DNA from: Octopus vulgaris
Lineage: Eukaryota
NCBI GenBank assembly: GCA_951406725.2
Contig: OX597816.1
Span: 109,678,001-109,742,000 of the forward strand
Reading direction: 5' to 3'
Length of the DNA: 64,000 bases
In this document: positions 24,257 through 37,196 of the stretch, one piece after another
How positions within the stretch are numbered: the first letter of the stretch is position 1
How the letters are laid out: each line of letters starts with the position of its first letter
Position numbers and translations under genes: made by a program
The notes under the pieces: model-generated
What the model saw: the letters and a program-made list of their open reading frames with translations, nothing else
Told to the model about the DNA's origin: nothing
Databases searched by the model: none

Positions 24257-26991
24257 TGTTGTTGGCATCCTTTTTGTCTTGGAGACAATGGAGTTGCACA
24301 TAAAATAATCTAGTCCGGCTTTTACATGTCATGTCCTAATACATCTCCTGCTGTGGCTGTCTAGTCCTATCCTGGACAAACACTCCCTCTGGCAGGTGCC
24401 GCAAATGTAGCGAAGACTTTGCCTGGCTGGTTGTAATGTCATACTTTCTTGTTGACGTCTTTCCTTGTCTTACCATTTCTCCTCCCCCTTTATGTCACTC
24501 CTTTGTGTTCCCTCTTTTACGGTACGTCGCCAATACCCATGGTTGCTGGCAACTGCTTGCCAGTTGGTAATATTGATGTTGCAGGCATTCATGTCCCTTT
24601 TGCAAAATCCTTGTATCGTAAGAACGGTCTTCCCACAGACCTCGTGCCCCTAGCAAGCTCTCCGTTGAGTATGTTTTTGGGGCTTCTGCCATCTTCCATA
24701 CGGCTAACATGTCGAAGCCATCTCATACGTCTTTGTGTGAGGAGTGTAAACATGCTTGGTATCCCTGCTTGTTTGAGGACATCTTTGTTGGGGACATGAT
24801 TCTGCCATTTGATGCGGAGGATTTTCCAGAGGCAGCGCAGGTGAAAGATATTTAGGCGACGTATGGCGTCGTATGGCGTCTGTATGGCGTCCAAGTCTCA
24901 CTCCCATACAGTAGAGTGCTAAGTACACATGCCTGGTAAATCTTCATTTTTGTGGTCTTGGTCAGCTTATTGTTGACCCATGCCCGTTTGGAGAGTTGGG
25001 CCATCACAGCAGCTGCCTTGCCAATGCGTATATTGAGCTCAGTATCAAGGGATAGGTTGTAGGTGACGGTAGAGCCAAGATAGGTAAACTTCTCCACCTC
25101 CTGTAGTCTGTGGTCTCCAATATGTATGTTTGGGATGGTCGATGTAGCCTGACCCATGATGTTGGTCTTCTTGAGGCTGATAACTAAGCCAAAGTTGCCA
25201 CATGCTTGCTCAAAACAGTTGATGAGCTTTTGTAGGGCTTCTTCTGTGTGTGATACCAGAGCAGCATCATCAGCAAATAGCATCTCCTTGATCAGAACGC
25301 TTCTGATTTTGGTCTTGGCACGCAGACGCGAGAGATTGAACAATTTCCCATTACTTCTACTGTGCAGAAACATTCCATCATCTGATGTCAAAAAGGCACG
25401 TGACAGCAGCAGCGAGAAGACGATGCCAAATAATGTAGGAGCAAGGACACAACCTTGCTTTACCCCATTTTTTATTTGGAAGGCGGCTGATGTTGAACCA
25501 TTGTGCTGTATGGTGTCTTGCATATCATCATGGAAAGATGTGATGATCCTCAGCAGCTTTGGTGGACATCCGATTTTTTTGAGTAGGATGAAGAGGCATT
25601 TTCTACTTACCAAATCAAAGGCCTTTGTCAGATCAATGAAGGCCATATATTATGGCATTTTCTGCTCTCTGGACTTCTCCTGCAGTTGGCGTATGGAGAA
25701 TATCATGTCAATAGTTGATCTGCTTCTTCTAAAGCCACACTGCGATTCTAGATAAATTCGAGAAGCAAGCAGTTGCAGCCTGGACAGGATAATGCGAGCA
25801 GAGGCCTTTCCAACAGTGCTTAGAAGAGATATTCCACGGTAATTGTTACGATCACCACGGTCACCTTTGTTTTGTAAAGCATAATGATGTTAGCATACCG
25901 CATATCCTGAGGGACTGTACCCTCTTCCCAGCACTGACACAGAAGCTCATGAATGTGCCGAAGCAGGATGGTGTTTTTGCCGGTTTTGATGATCTCTAAG
26001 GAGATGCCGTCTTTTCCCGGAGCCTTGTTACTTGCTAGGGAGTCGATAGCCTTGGTGAGCTCTGCTATAGATGGCAGACTGTCAAGTTCACACATGACTG
26101 GCAAGATCTTGACACCCTCGATTGCAGCCTCAGCTACCGTGGTCTCTCGTGAGTAGAGATCCTGGTAGTACTTCAACCATCTATCCATTTGCTTGCTTTG
26201 GTCCTTGATGAGATCCCCAGTAATTAATTTCAGGGGGGGCTGACTTGGTTGCGAATGAACCGAGGGCCTTCTTCAAACTGGCATACATCCCACGGGTGTC
26301 GCCACTGTCAGCAGCTGACTGGATACTCTGACAGATTTCCTGCCAATACCTAATTGCACGCACAGCGTCTGGCAGTCAGTTGGGTTTTATTTCTTGCCTT
26401 TCTGAATTCTTCGAGTGACTTTATAGAAGAATCACTCTTGTATTACATCAGAGCTGCACGTTTTGTTTCGATAACTGTTTCCAGCTCTGAGAGCCCAGCA
26501 CTGAATAAAATCTGGGTTTTGCCTTTCTCTCATGCCGAAAGTATCTATTGATGTGGTATACAAAGCTTCCCTGATATAATTCCACGTATTTTCAGCAGAG
26601 GTGGTTGGGTAGCTACTGAGGGCAACTTTGATAGAAACAGCAAAACATTGTCGCAGTGTAGGGTCGGGGTTCTGGCAGTGTTAATGCGTGGTCGGCCAAT
26701 TTTCTTGGAGTGATGGAATTTTTTAGGCAGAATCCTCACCCTGCTTCTTATTAGTGAATGACCTGTGTCATAATCCGCGCTATGGTAACTACGAGTCAGT
26801 TGAACAGAATTCAGAAAGGGTGTTCGTGTAATGATGAGATCCAGCTGATGCCAGTGGTGAGATCTTGGATGTCTCCAAGATGCCTTGTGGGATGTCTTGT
26901 TGGCAAAGAATGTGTTAGTGATGCACAGGTTATGGTATGTGTAAAATTCAAGTAGTCTCTGGTCATTGTCATTCATGTTGCCAATACCAAA
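24257..26991 (-). mobile_element. RTE-clade LINE, 5'-truncated, several frameshifts
   Basis: APE motifs LCITNTFF, SWRHPRSHHWHQLDLII, DHS-like. RT motifs KAPGKDGI, AFIDLTKAFD, GVKQGCVLAPTLF, LFADD, FTYLGS, LLYGSETW, MRWLRHVSRM. Confidence 0.95.
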
Positions 26992-27055
26992 ACACACACT
27001 TACATATATACATATATATATACGATCGATTTGTTTCAGTTCCTGTCTACGAAAT

Positions 27056-27112
<57 letters not shown>

Positions 27113-27856
27113 AATGCATACACACACATACATACATATATATTTAGGATTTACAAAAGGAACGAACAAAAGACGAAGACGGGTATGTAAACAGCAAACA
27201 GGTTTATTAGTTTAACGCTCCGGACTTAGGAAAATTTATATAGGGCGTACTACTGATTTTAAAATTAGATGTAGGGGACACAAGAATTCATTTATTCACC
27301 CCTATATAAAAAATTACAGACATTTTAGTATGTTGTAAGCATAAATATTTAGCGTCTTGTAATTTTCTTAAACTTTAAAATATAATTTTTTTAGAATATA
27401 AAAGCTTTTTGAAAATACGGTCCAATTAGATCATTAGATCCAATGAACACTTATGCACAAACCTGTAATCTTAAATTATTTTTTTTTATTATATAGAGTG
27501 GAATATTCCAATTGGTTATTATTTGCATGATTAACATTTCAATGATTTTCATTTCTTATTTAAACGTGGTAATTCTCTTGAAAATCTGCAGAATATTATA
27601 TGATGCTGTCACTTATTCATCGATACTCAAAAATTGAACTACCACCAACTGAATACTCACCGTGTAGTACCTTACTGCTTTTTGTTGGATTTTGCCTCGA
27701 GAAAGGACCCCTAAGGAAGGAGGGCTGAATTTCGAATACTTCGTACAACTACTTTTCTGAAACGACTGCAGGTTAGGAAAATAATTTGTAATCACCTCTT
27801 TCAATTTAGGTTTTTATTTTTCATGTTTATATTCGTATTTCATTGTTATGTTTATA

Positions 27857-28422
27857 TTGGTTGTCCGGAAAGTTCGTTCCGATTTTTAAAGGAAAGTAAA
27901 AGGTCTCTAAATACTTGCCATTACATTTTTAATGAAGCAAATCTGAACCATTTCGTTGCACAATACGTCTCCATCTTTCCTTTACCTTGAAAATTACCCT
28001 CTTCCCAGAATTGGGGTGGTTTCAAAGCAAATAATTCATCAAGGTATCTTTTTACGTCATCTAAGGAATTGAAATTTTCACCATTAAGACTATTCTGCAG
28101 ATACCTGAATAAGTGGAAATCCGAAGAAGCAATTTCTGGGGAATAGGGATGGTAGGGATAACACATCCCAGCCGAGCTGCAGCAATTTTTGTCTGGTTCC
28201 CAAAGCATCAAGTGCCGAAAATGAACTTCTCATCTTTTATTTTAAAGGGTTACAGAATTAACACAGGTTATAGGAACATAAACCTTCTTCCACGAACAGA
28301 TTGCTTAAACTGTGCTCTAAATGGAGGTGTAGTCAAATCCTATTTTATGGACTCAAACATGTTCTAAAATAAGTCGAAATATAAGCTACTATAAATCGGC
28401 ACGAACTTTCCGGACAACCCAA
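27857..28422 (-). mobile_element. Internally deleted mariner (MITE-like, 566 bp) with both TIRs and TA TSD
   Basis: TA-TTGGTTGTCCGGAAAGTTCGTTCCGATTT ... AAATCGGCACGAACTTTCCGGACAACCCAA-TA. Remnant HPYSPEIASSDFHLFRYLQNSL. Confidence 0.92.
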
Positions 28423-28602
28423 TATTTCTATATTTTTATCATGAAACTCTTAACATAAATATGTGTATATTCGTATGGAATAATACCTCATGTGCTACAT
28501 CTGATTTTCTTGTCTGAATGTTTTAAGACAAATATCCGAAATGTTTATCGTATACCACATTATATTAATACTTAGCTCATATACGGAGACAAAAATGTTG
28601 TA

Positions 28603-28685
28603 CTATATACTGCAGGTTACCTCCATTAAAATTCTCGTATTATATATACTGCAGGTTATCTCCATTAAAATTCTCGTATTATATA
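28603..28685. repeat. 39 bp tandem duplication
   Basis: TATATACTGCAGGTTA(C/T)CTCCATTAAAATTCTCGTATTA occurs twice. Confidence 0.9.
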
Positions 28686-28729
28686 CATTATATATAAAAT
28701 ATAATATATTTTCGCCAGTGTATATATCT

Positions 28730-29830
28730 CAGGTCATCCCATAAGTTCTGTCCGAATTTTGGATAAAGAATCCAAGTGATCAAATGTTATATGTAATTGA
28801 AAGTTAATCATCAATATACTTTCCCTGATTATCTATGCCTTACTTCCATCTATTTACAAGCTTTTTAATCCCATCAATGTAAAACTCTTTTGGTCTCAAA
28901 GCGAAGAACTCTGAAATGTCAGTTTCGACCTCCTCCTGGCTTGCGAAAGTTGTATCCCCCTACTAATTCTGTAAACTATGAAACAAATGGTATCCTGAAG
29001 GAGTAAGGTCGGGAGAATAAGTTGGATGAAGAAATTTTTCCAAACCGACCTCTTCGATCTTCTGTATGTGATATTTGCAGTGAGGGGGTTGCGCATTGCC
29101 CTGATGAAACATCACTCGTTTTAGACTCACTAAAGCGGCTCTTTTTTCCTTCAAAGCTTGGTTCAAACGCTCTAATTGCTGACAGTAGACTTGAGCACTG
29201 ATTGTTGCATTAGGTGGTAACAATATAAAGTGAATTACGCCTTTGCAATCGCACCAGATAGAGTAGAAGCTTTTTCCCATGAAGTTCCCTTCTTGGTTGT
29301 GGTTGAGCATTTTCCCTTTTACCAAGCCACTGTTTACGACGTTTAACATTTCGATAGAAAATCCATTTTTCGTCAAAAGCCTATCTAAAAAGGGTGAAAT
29401 GAGTTTGCGAGAATGGAGAGAAGAGCAGATGTCAACTCGGGATTTGCGGTTGTTTTAGGACAATACATGAGGCACCTATTTTCCAAGTTTAGGAATCTTT
29501 CCACGTTGTTGAAGATGACGATGAACTGTTGTATTGTTTGAAGTAAGCTTTATTGCCAATTCTTCAAATGATAATGACGGATTTTCTTCAAGTAATGCCT
29601 TAAGGAGCTTATCATCAAACTCAACTGGACATCCAATTCGATCTTCATCTTCAATTTTGAAAACGATCTCCTGCAAGTTCTTTCATTCAAGCACTTTCCC
29701 ATAAACTGAGTGTATGTTTCGAGTCACTTCGGCTGCATAGTTACCGTTATTGTACTCATAAAGAATTATATGTGCCTTAAATGCTCTTTGGATACTTCCA
29801 TGTTGAAAGGGTTTTAATCAAAGCAATTTT
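28730..29830 (-). mobile_element. Near-full-length mariner with pseudogenised transposase, lacking 5' TIR
   Basis: ATG at 29801 (MEVSKEHLRHI), then IWCDCKGVIHF, MFHQGNA and HPTYSPDLTPSGYHLF. 3' TIR CAGGTCATCCCATAAGTTCTGTCCGAA matches the 1-491 family. Confidence 0.92.
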
Positions 29831-30640
29831 AGGGTGTCCACGAAGTCTGGGTACATGGAATAAAATCATAACATAAACAAATATAAGAAATAATAATTTT
29901 CCTTTTTTACTTTTGTTTGAATTAAATAAAAAAAATACTTTACTTTTCTAAATTTATTTGTTATTTTTTCTACAGATGTTCGAATGATGGCTCTGTCTAA
30001 AGAAGAAAGAATCCCAGTTCGAATGATGGATCTGTCTAAAGAAGAAAGAATCGAGTTAGTATTAGTAAGTGGACGAGAGGGATGGTCTTATCGCAAAATT
30101 GCAGAAGAATTTAATATTCGACACTTTAATAGGCAACCTATTTTTTTACTGCCGTCGGGAAATTGATCACGAAATTTAAAGAAACAGGCAGTGTTTTGGA
30201 TAAACTCCGTTCTGGGCGACTAAAGACTTCGGATGAAACGAAAGAGGCTGTCATGGCTAAAGTTTCTGCTAGCCCAAAGAAATCACTTCGTCGGACATCC
30301 ACGGCGTTAGGTGTTCCAAAACCAACCATCCACAAAATGCTGGTTGAGGAAAAGTTTCATCGATACAAGCTACAGATATTGCATCACTTAAATGAAGACG
30401 ACCCTGATAGACGAATGTAGACGTGCGAATGGTTTTCAGGTAAATTGGATGAAAATATCAATTTTACGAAAAACTTTGTGTTGTTCAGTGACAAAGCTAC
30501 GTTTTATGTAAATGGTGAGGTCAACAACAGAATCTTCTATACTGGTCTCGAGGCAATCCACATTGGATGGATCCATCTAAACAGCAAGGCAGCAAAAAGG
30601 TGATGGTGTGGTGTGGTTTGTGGAAAGCTCATGTTATCTC
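29831..30640 (+). mobile_element. Tc1/mariner-superfamily element (DUF4817-type HTH transposase), 5' part, decayed
   Basis: TIR-like AGGGTGTCCACGAAGTCTGGGTACA; KFKETGSVLDKLRSGR, SPKKSLRR, YKLQILHHLNEDDPDRR, FSDKATFYVNGEVN, VMVWCGL. Confidence 0.85.
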
Positions 30641-30807
30641 ATTTTATATGCCTATGACGTTTATTTTCTATTCTAGTTTTTATATATTTCTATACATTAT
30701 ATTTGTATCTATAGTTTATTCAAACTCTGTTTTAGTGTCTTGCTCTTGAGTAAAATACTTCCTCTTATGTTACTCTCTGACACGGGCCAACCCAACCCAA
30801 CCCGTTT

Positions 30808-31143
30808 CTAATAGTGAAATCTATGCCATAGCGTCAACTGTGGGCTGGTAGCTGTGTACAGTCGCCCAAATGTCGCCCAGAGCGAGCTCTGGTGGCCATA
30901 GCGTCGGCTGTGGGCTGGTAGCTGTGTACAGTGCCCCAAATGTCGCCCAGAGCGAGCTCTGGTCGCCATAGCGTCGGCTGTGGGCTGGTAGCTGTGTACA
31001 GTCGCCCAGAGCTTTGCCCATGACACTCCCTGGACTCTAAGTATGGCATGTGTAAAATTTGAATGAAATTGGTTGCGTAGTTCTCAAGTTTTAGAGATTT
31101 ACACAGACAGACAGACACACATTCTCAGTTTCATATATATCGA
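30808..31143 (-). mobile_element. Helitron 5' fragment carrying a 70 bp minisatellite
   Basis: 31021-31140 is homologous to 32059-32185, the 5' end of the adjacent Helitron. Confidence 0.6.
30825..31012. repeat. GC-rich 70 bp minisatellite, ~2.7 copies
   Basis: Units start with GCCATAGCGTC at 30825, 30895 and 30965. Confidence 0.95.
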
Positions 31144-31147
31144 TATA

Positions 31148-32187
31148 CTAACATTATGACCCTGTCGTTGCCGGGTCGTAGTGCTAGTGCATGTATATAT
31201 GTGTATATATATATATGTGTACATATTACATGTACATCTATATATATATATACATCTACACATAAAATACAAATTACAAAGTTATATCTTGATATCGCTA
31301 GTGATAACAATACTCAAAATATATAAAAGACTAGAATTGTAGGCCCGTCTCTTACAATTTCGATCAATTGGATCTTGTCCTCCCTCTTGTATAGAAGTGT
31401 ACGGCTGCAGCGAAATTCATTGTTGGACTTTCTTCTATCGAAGGCATTTTAAGAAAAGAGCTTCCGTAAAGACGGTGAAAATATTGTCAATTACCCCAAA
31501 AAGGGACACAATTCAATTTTTAAACAATAACCAAAACCTCTTCTCGGAAAGGGTGAGGGTTACGGTTTACAATTATTTAACAAATACAACAAAACAACGT
31601 TTGCCTTACGAGGAACGAACAAACGTGAATACAATAGTCAAATAGTTATAATAATAACAACAAACCTTTTTAATTTATCCCCATTTATGTGAAACCACTT
31701 ATTCAAGTTCAAGTCATTGATGCAATTTGATACGAATTGCTAATACACCCCCCCACACATATATATAATAAGGGTGAAAAATTGAATATTAATTTGATTA
31801 ATATGAATTGAAAACCAGTGGTATAGCAATAAAGACCATAGCGGGTCTTCTTCTAGCAAAATGGATGACCACTGTTAATGGTTCATCCCTCTTATATAAT
31901 ACTTTCACTTTAATAGTTTCAGTATTAAAGTGAAAGTGTCTGCATTACGATAGAGAGATGTTTTTGTTTCACTTTTAACACGTAATACTGAAATAGAAGA
32001 GAATATATGATATTGCCGTGGGGTCGCCCGAGGCAAAAAGTTAAAATGTTTTTGCCGATGACACTCCCCGGACCTTAAGTAAGGCATGCGTAAAATTTGA
32101 ATGAAATTGGTTATGTAGTTCTGAAGTTTTAGGGAAACACACAGACAGACAGACATACACACATTCTCAGTTTTATATATATAGAGA
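31148..32187 (-). mobile_element. Non-autonomous Helitron
   Basis: Minus 5' A|TCTCTATATATATAAAACTGAGAATG; 3' GACCCGGCAACGACAGGGTC hairpin then TTAG|T (variant of CTAG). Confidence 0.7.
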
Positions 32188-32245
32188 TGTATGTGTGTGC
32201 ATGTGTGTATGTGTTTGCGTGTATACGATACATTCATGCATATAT

Positions 32246-32310
<65 letters not shown>

Positions 32311-32919
32311 TGTCTGTGTAGACATGAGTATGTTTAGCTAGTGATTTATCATGACAGTTCTATTTTAGTGATCTAATTACTGTATATTTCCTGAAACAAT
32401 GTTGTGGAGGTGTGTGTGGTATCGTCTCTTATCGCTTTTTATATACGGAAGCAGGCACATTGACAGATATCGAACGAAATAAAGAGACGTATATTTAGAG
32501 AGAGAGAGAGATAGAGAGATAGATAGAGAGAGAGAGAGGGAGAGGGAGAGGGAGAGAGAGAGTATCCCCAAGGCATAAGCGGAGGAGGATTAGAGAAATA
32601 TAATAGACACATAGAGAGATACATTTAGAGTGGAGAAAAGTGGAGATGCATATAGAAATAGACAAAATAAAGAGGAAATACGATTTGATAGATGGGCGTG
32701 TTCATAATTTAGAGTACATTTATGCTTCTGGTAATCAATAAATGAATAACTAAAGAACAGGTAGATTTTGAGTAATTTGCTAGTCGTAGCAGTAGTGTTT
32801 ATGCTTCATTCTGGTGGCAGCGGTGCGATTCTCGTGATATTTAACGAAACTTCGTGAATACAATAATGGGTGGCGGTTAGCTTTAAGGCGAAGACTTAGT
32901 CTAAGTGCTTTTATTAGTG

Positions 32920-33205
32920 TGTAATCTACGAAAGGTACTCCATATGCCAGGTGGTTGAGTTAACGTGGGGGACATATTAACTCTATCCTCAAGTGATATA
33001 TCATGAGGCTTGACCTCAGACCTTAAAGACACGGAGTAATTACACCAATGCATTCTGCCCAGCGATCTTACAAAGCCGCCAAACCTCCGCTGAAGATTGA
33101 TGCTATTTTGTAGATTCCAAATGGCGGAAAATAAAACTTGACGTTGCAGTGATTTGACCTCAGAACAAAGACAGACGGAACAAAGTACTCTTGGCAGTTT
33201 GCTAG
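32920..33205 (-). mobile_element. Two decayed family-B SINE fragments
   Basis: TTGACCTCAGA(C/A)C..AAAGAC B-box-region remnants occur twice, as in the 4320-4527 copy. Confidence 0.5.
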
Positions 33206-34532
33206 CTTAGTTACTTCTATTGTTCGTTATTTTTGCTGGGGTGTTTTTCAGGCAATGATCATTCCCGCAAGAACAGTCATCTAGTGAAAAGCTTTCGGGC
33301 TAAAGCATACTTATTATTTTTTTTAGGACGCAATGCTTCTAGTCTTGCAAAATAGTAAATATAGTAATGTGATATTTGAAAATTTTGGTTAAACTTTCCT
33401 CCACATCAAATGATATTTAGCGAGATATAGGTTCCTCTGTTGTTTAGTATATGGTACCTTTTTAACACTGGTATCAAAATCATTAAATCAGATATAGCAG
33501 GTACCTCGTTTGGCAAAATAATATTTCCATAGCGTTTTCTTTAGTATTAAATATTACATTTCATATTAAATTTTATTTATGCATTTAGCTAGTTTGTGCC
33601 TCTTTAAGTGCTGCGCTTTATCGATGATGATAATCTCTCTATTACTATGCTCTTTGGATTTGCAGGGCTTGAGTCAACTTTGGAACATAAAACACATTAA
33701 ATTTGTCCTAACGTTTGATTACGTATCAGTGTCAATATTTTTGATAAAGTGGCTTTCAAGTAAAGCGCTAACCCACTACGTACAACTTGCTTTTGTCCAT
33801 AAGGTGCTTCGAAATTTAGAAATATATTACTTTCAGAAAACTTTTCACGTGTTTTACAAAACACCTATACATACACGATAAAAGTAGACATTTACATCAA
33901 CTTAAATTAATTAGTTTGCAAAATGTTTTGACTACTGATTTAATTTATTGTCAATTAGCAATGCTGACAGAGGTGGTATATTATGTCAGAAAAGTAATCA
34001 ATAAAAATCTTGTCTGTCCACCTCTTCCTTTAAAATATATTCGACATTTTATAAAAATTTTCAATGCATTTCATCTTACTTCTTTCGACTTTGGCAGCAT
34101 GTCCTCCTTAATAGTTTCAAATTTTGGCACAGGTCCAGTGGGTCTTGAGTGGAGAAGTCAATGACACCAAAACCTGTACTTTACGAGCATTTATTTTATT
34201 GAACCAGAGAGAAAGAAAGACGCAGTTAGCTTCAGCAGCATTTGAGCTCAAACTCCATTTTTCTATCATTGAGGAAGACATGTAACCGGACGAAATGCTT
34301 ATCTGCATTTTGTCCGGCTGCATGTCCTCCCCTAATAATAGAGAAATGGGGTTGAACAATTCCTTTTTTATGTAATTTTACAAGAAAGTGTCTACTATTT
34401 TATTTGAGGAATACTTCCTCTGTTAGCAACTTCGAATTATCTTTAAATATATTAAAGGTTTTACAGTACCAAAAACACAATTTATTGCACAAACAGATGC
34501 AATAGTTGACATGAAAGTGAAGGAGTCAGACA

Positions 34533-35340
34533 CAGGGGTTGGACAAAATAATGTAAACACCTAGCATCATAGCATTATAATTTTGAAATATCTACAAAAC
34601 CGCCAAAAGCTTGTTTATTTTTATGTTTTTTTTAAATTATTTATTAGTTTTGCTTAATATATTTTGCTAAAATTGCTGTTTCTTTTTAAATATCATCGGA
34701 AAAAGGTTATTAAAATTTATTAAAATGACTGATCTATCGGACATTCAAAGAGGTTAAAATGTTGGTGCTCGTATGGCAGGCCCTAGTATAGCGAAAACAG
34801 CCGAAATATTTGGTGTATCAAGAAGTACTGTCTCCAAACCCATGACAGCCTTTGAGGAAGAAGGAAAGACCTCTTCGTCGAAACAAAACTCCGGAAGAAA
34901 ATCAAAACTTTCAGATTGGGACCGTCGGACTCTTACGCGAATTATTAGAAAGGACCACAAAAGTACAGCTCCCAAAATTTTTGCAGAGCTTAATGACCAC
35001 CTCGAGGATAAAGTTTCCACAAAAACTGTTCGCCGGGAGCTGCAAAAAGCTGGATTCTACGGAAGGGCTGCAATCAGATAACCACTGCTTCCAAAGGGAA
35101 ATGTTGCAAAGCATTTAGAGTGTAGTAAAAACCTACAGAATTGGTCCCTAGAGCAGTGGAAGAATGTTATTTTCTCGGACGAATCATACCATTACCTTAT
35201 TTCCGATCACCGGAAGCATTTGACCCAGACTGCCTTCTTACAACTGTTAAACATGGAGGAGAATCTGTGATGATCTGGGGGGTTATATCTTGGATATCTG
35301 CCGGCCCAATAGTTTCCCTTCAAGGATCTCAATGTTATTG
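34533..35340 (+). mobile_element. Tc1-family transposon, 5' part, decayed
   Basis: TIR-like CAGGGGTTGGACAAAATAATG; HTH GPSIAKTAEIFGVSRSTVSK, SGRKSKLS, VSTKTVRREL, WKNVIFSDES, TVKHGGESVMIWG. Confidence 0.92.
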
Positions 35341-35574
35341 AAAAAGTATGGTTCATTTTAGAAAAACAAGTAAGGAGTCGATATTCCCTATCAATAACAC
35401 TACAAGAACTGGAACTGTTTTAGCTGAAGAATGGACAAAAAGAATAAAAGAATATAGATACATACACACACACACAAACACACACACACACACACATACA
35501 TATATATATACAAATGTATGTATATATGTATGTATATATATATATGCATATATATATATACATATATATATATA

Positions 35575-35636
<62 letters not shown>

Positions 35637-35662
35637 TATATATATGTGCATATATATATATG

Positions 35663-35710
<48 letters not shown>

Positions 35711-35713
<3 letters not shown>

Positions 35714-36011
35714 AAAAAGGGACAGGCAAACAGGTTGCTTGACCGCATACCGAAAAAATAGAAATAGCAGTCAAGAATGCTTATTTCTATCAAAGTTGGA
35801 CTCGGGCATGACAAACCCTGTAATTCACATATGCAAAACAGAAGGAATAGATAACGAATACGTATTCGTTATCTATTCCTTCTGTTTTGCATATGTGAAT
35901 TACAGGGTTTGTCATGCCCGAGTCCAACTTTGATAGAAATAAGCATTCTTGACTGCTATTTCTATTTTTTCGGTATGCGGTCAAGCAACCTGTTTGCCTG
36001 TCCCTTTTCTT
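35711..36011. repeat. Essentially perfect 301 bp palindrome with no spacer, abutting (TA)n
   Basis: Centre GAATAC|GTATTC at 35861/35862. Arms differ only by one A in a homopolymer, and the same peptide appears on both strands in the ORF track. Confidence 0.97.
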
Positions 36012-36141
36012 ATATACAATATATATACTGAACTTTACAGAAGTTCCTGCCGGTAATCGGCTATATTTACATACCGAATTCTACCAGTAAATAATTGGGT
36101 TTTTTTTAAAAGCCTTTATAGAAATTATTTACTCTTATTAT

Positions 36142-36238
<97 letters not shown>

Positions 36239-36823
36239 TATATATATGTATATATATATGGATGTATGTGTATATATATCAATGTATGTATGTATATATA
36301 TACGTACATACATTTCCTTTACTAAATCCCATGATATTGCTTCAAACAAATCTTGATTCTTATGATTATACCCACTATGATTTCTGTTGACTCCCTCACC
36401 ACTACCCCTAACCGTCCCGGCCATAGATATAAAAGGATGCAATAAAACTGGTCTATAAATTAAAACTGGCCCCATATAAAAGTGACAAGCAAAATCTGTA
36501 ACAAGTGTTTCCTCCTGATAACTTAGATTGTCCAAGCAGCTAGAATGATAGAATGACCCTCTTAAATAATGGAAAGCAGCACTGGTCTAAATAAGATTCT
36601 TTTAACTTCTTCGATATAAGATACCGTAATGATAGAAATAATAATAATAATAATTTTGGTAAGAACATTAAATCCGGTAATGGTAAATTCATTAATGGTA
36701 CTGATGATAGTAGTGATAGAAATAGCGCACCTTGTGAAATTGAATATGAAAGAAATATAAGAATGACTAATAATACAAATGATAATAATAATAATAATGA
36801 TAATAATAGTAATAATAATAATA

Positions 36824-37154
36824 ATGATAGCAAAAGGGGCTGATAGCTACCTAACTCAGATACCAGGAAACCCCAAAATGGCAGAAGTTCAAAAGATAGT
36901 GCTCATGGGAACTGCTCATATCCTACGCAAAATACTCTCTATGTAATCTCAAGGTTTAAAACAAACATAATTTTCGGTTTAAAAAAAAAAAAAACCTTTT
37001 GTTTTTAGACATTCATTAGTACAACATCCCCACCCCCAAATATATGGCACACTAGGCATAACAACAACATGAACTTCCAACCCTGTTGTCTCTTGAGGTC
37101 TCTGGGTGAGACTTGGAGCCAACTTGTACAAATATAAAGCAAAAGTCAAACATA

Positions 37155-37156
<2 letters not shown>
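36824..37156 (+). mobile_element. R4/Dong-type LINE, short 3' fragment in (AAT)n
   Basis: QKIVLMGTAHILRKILSM* plus 3'UTR, followed by (AAT)n. Confidence 0.85.
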
Positions 37157-37194
<38 letters not shown>

Positions 37195-37196
37195 TA

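Noticed and set aside
30825-31012. Regularly spaced repeats resembling a CRISPR array
   Set aside because: Contiguous 70 bp tandem units with no unique spacers, no cas genes, and a eukaryotic context.
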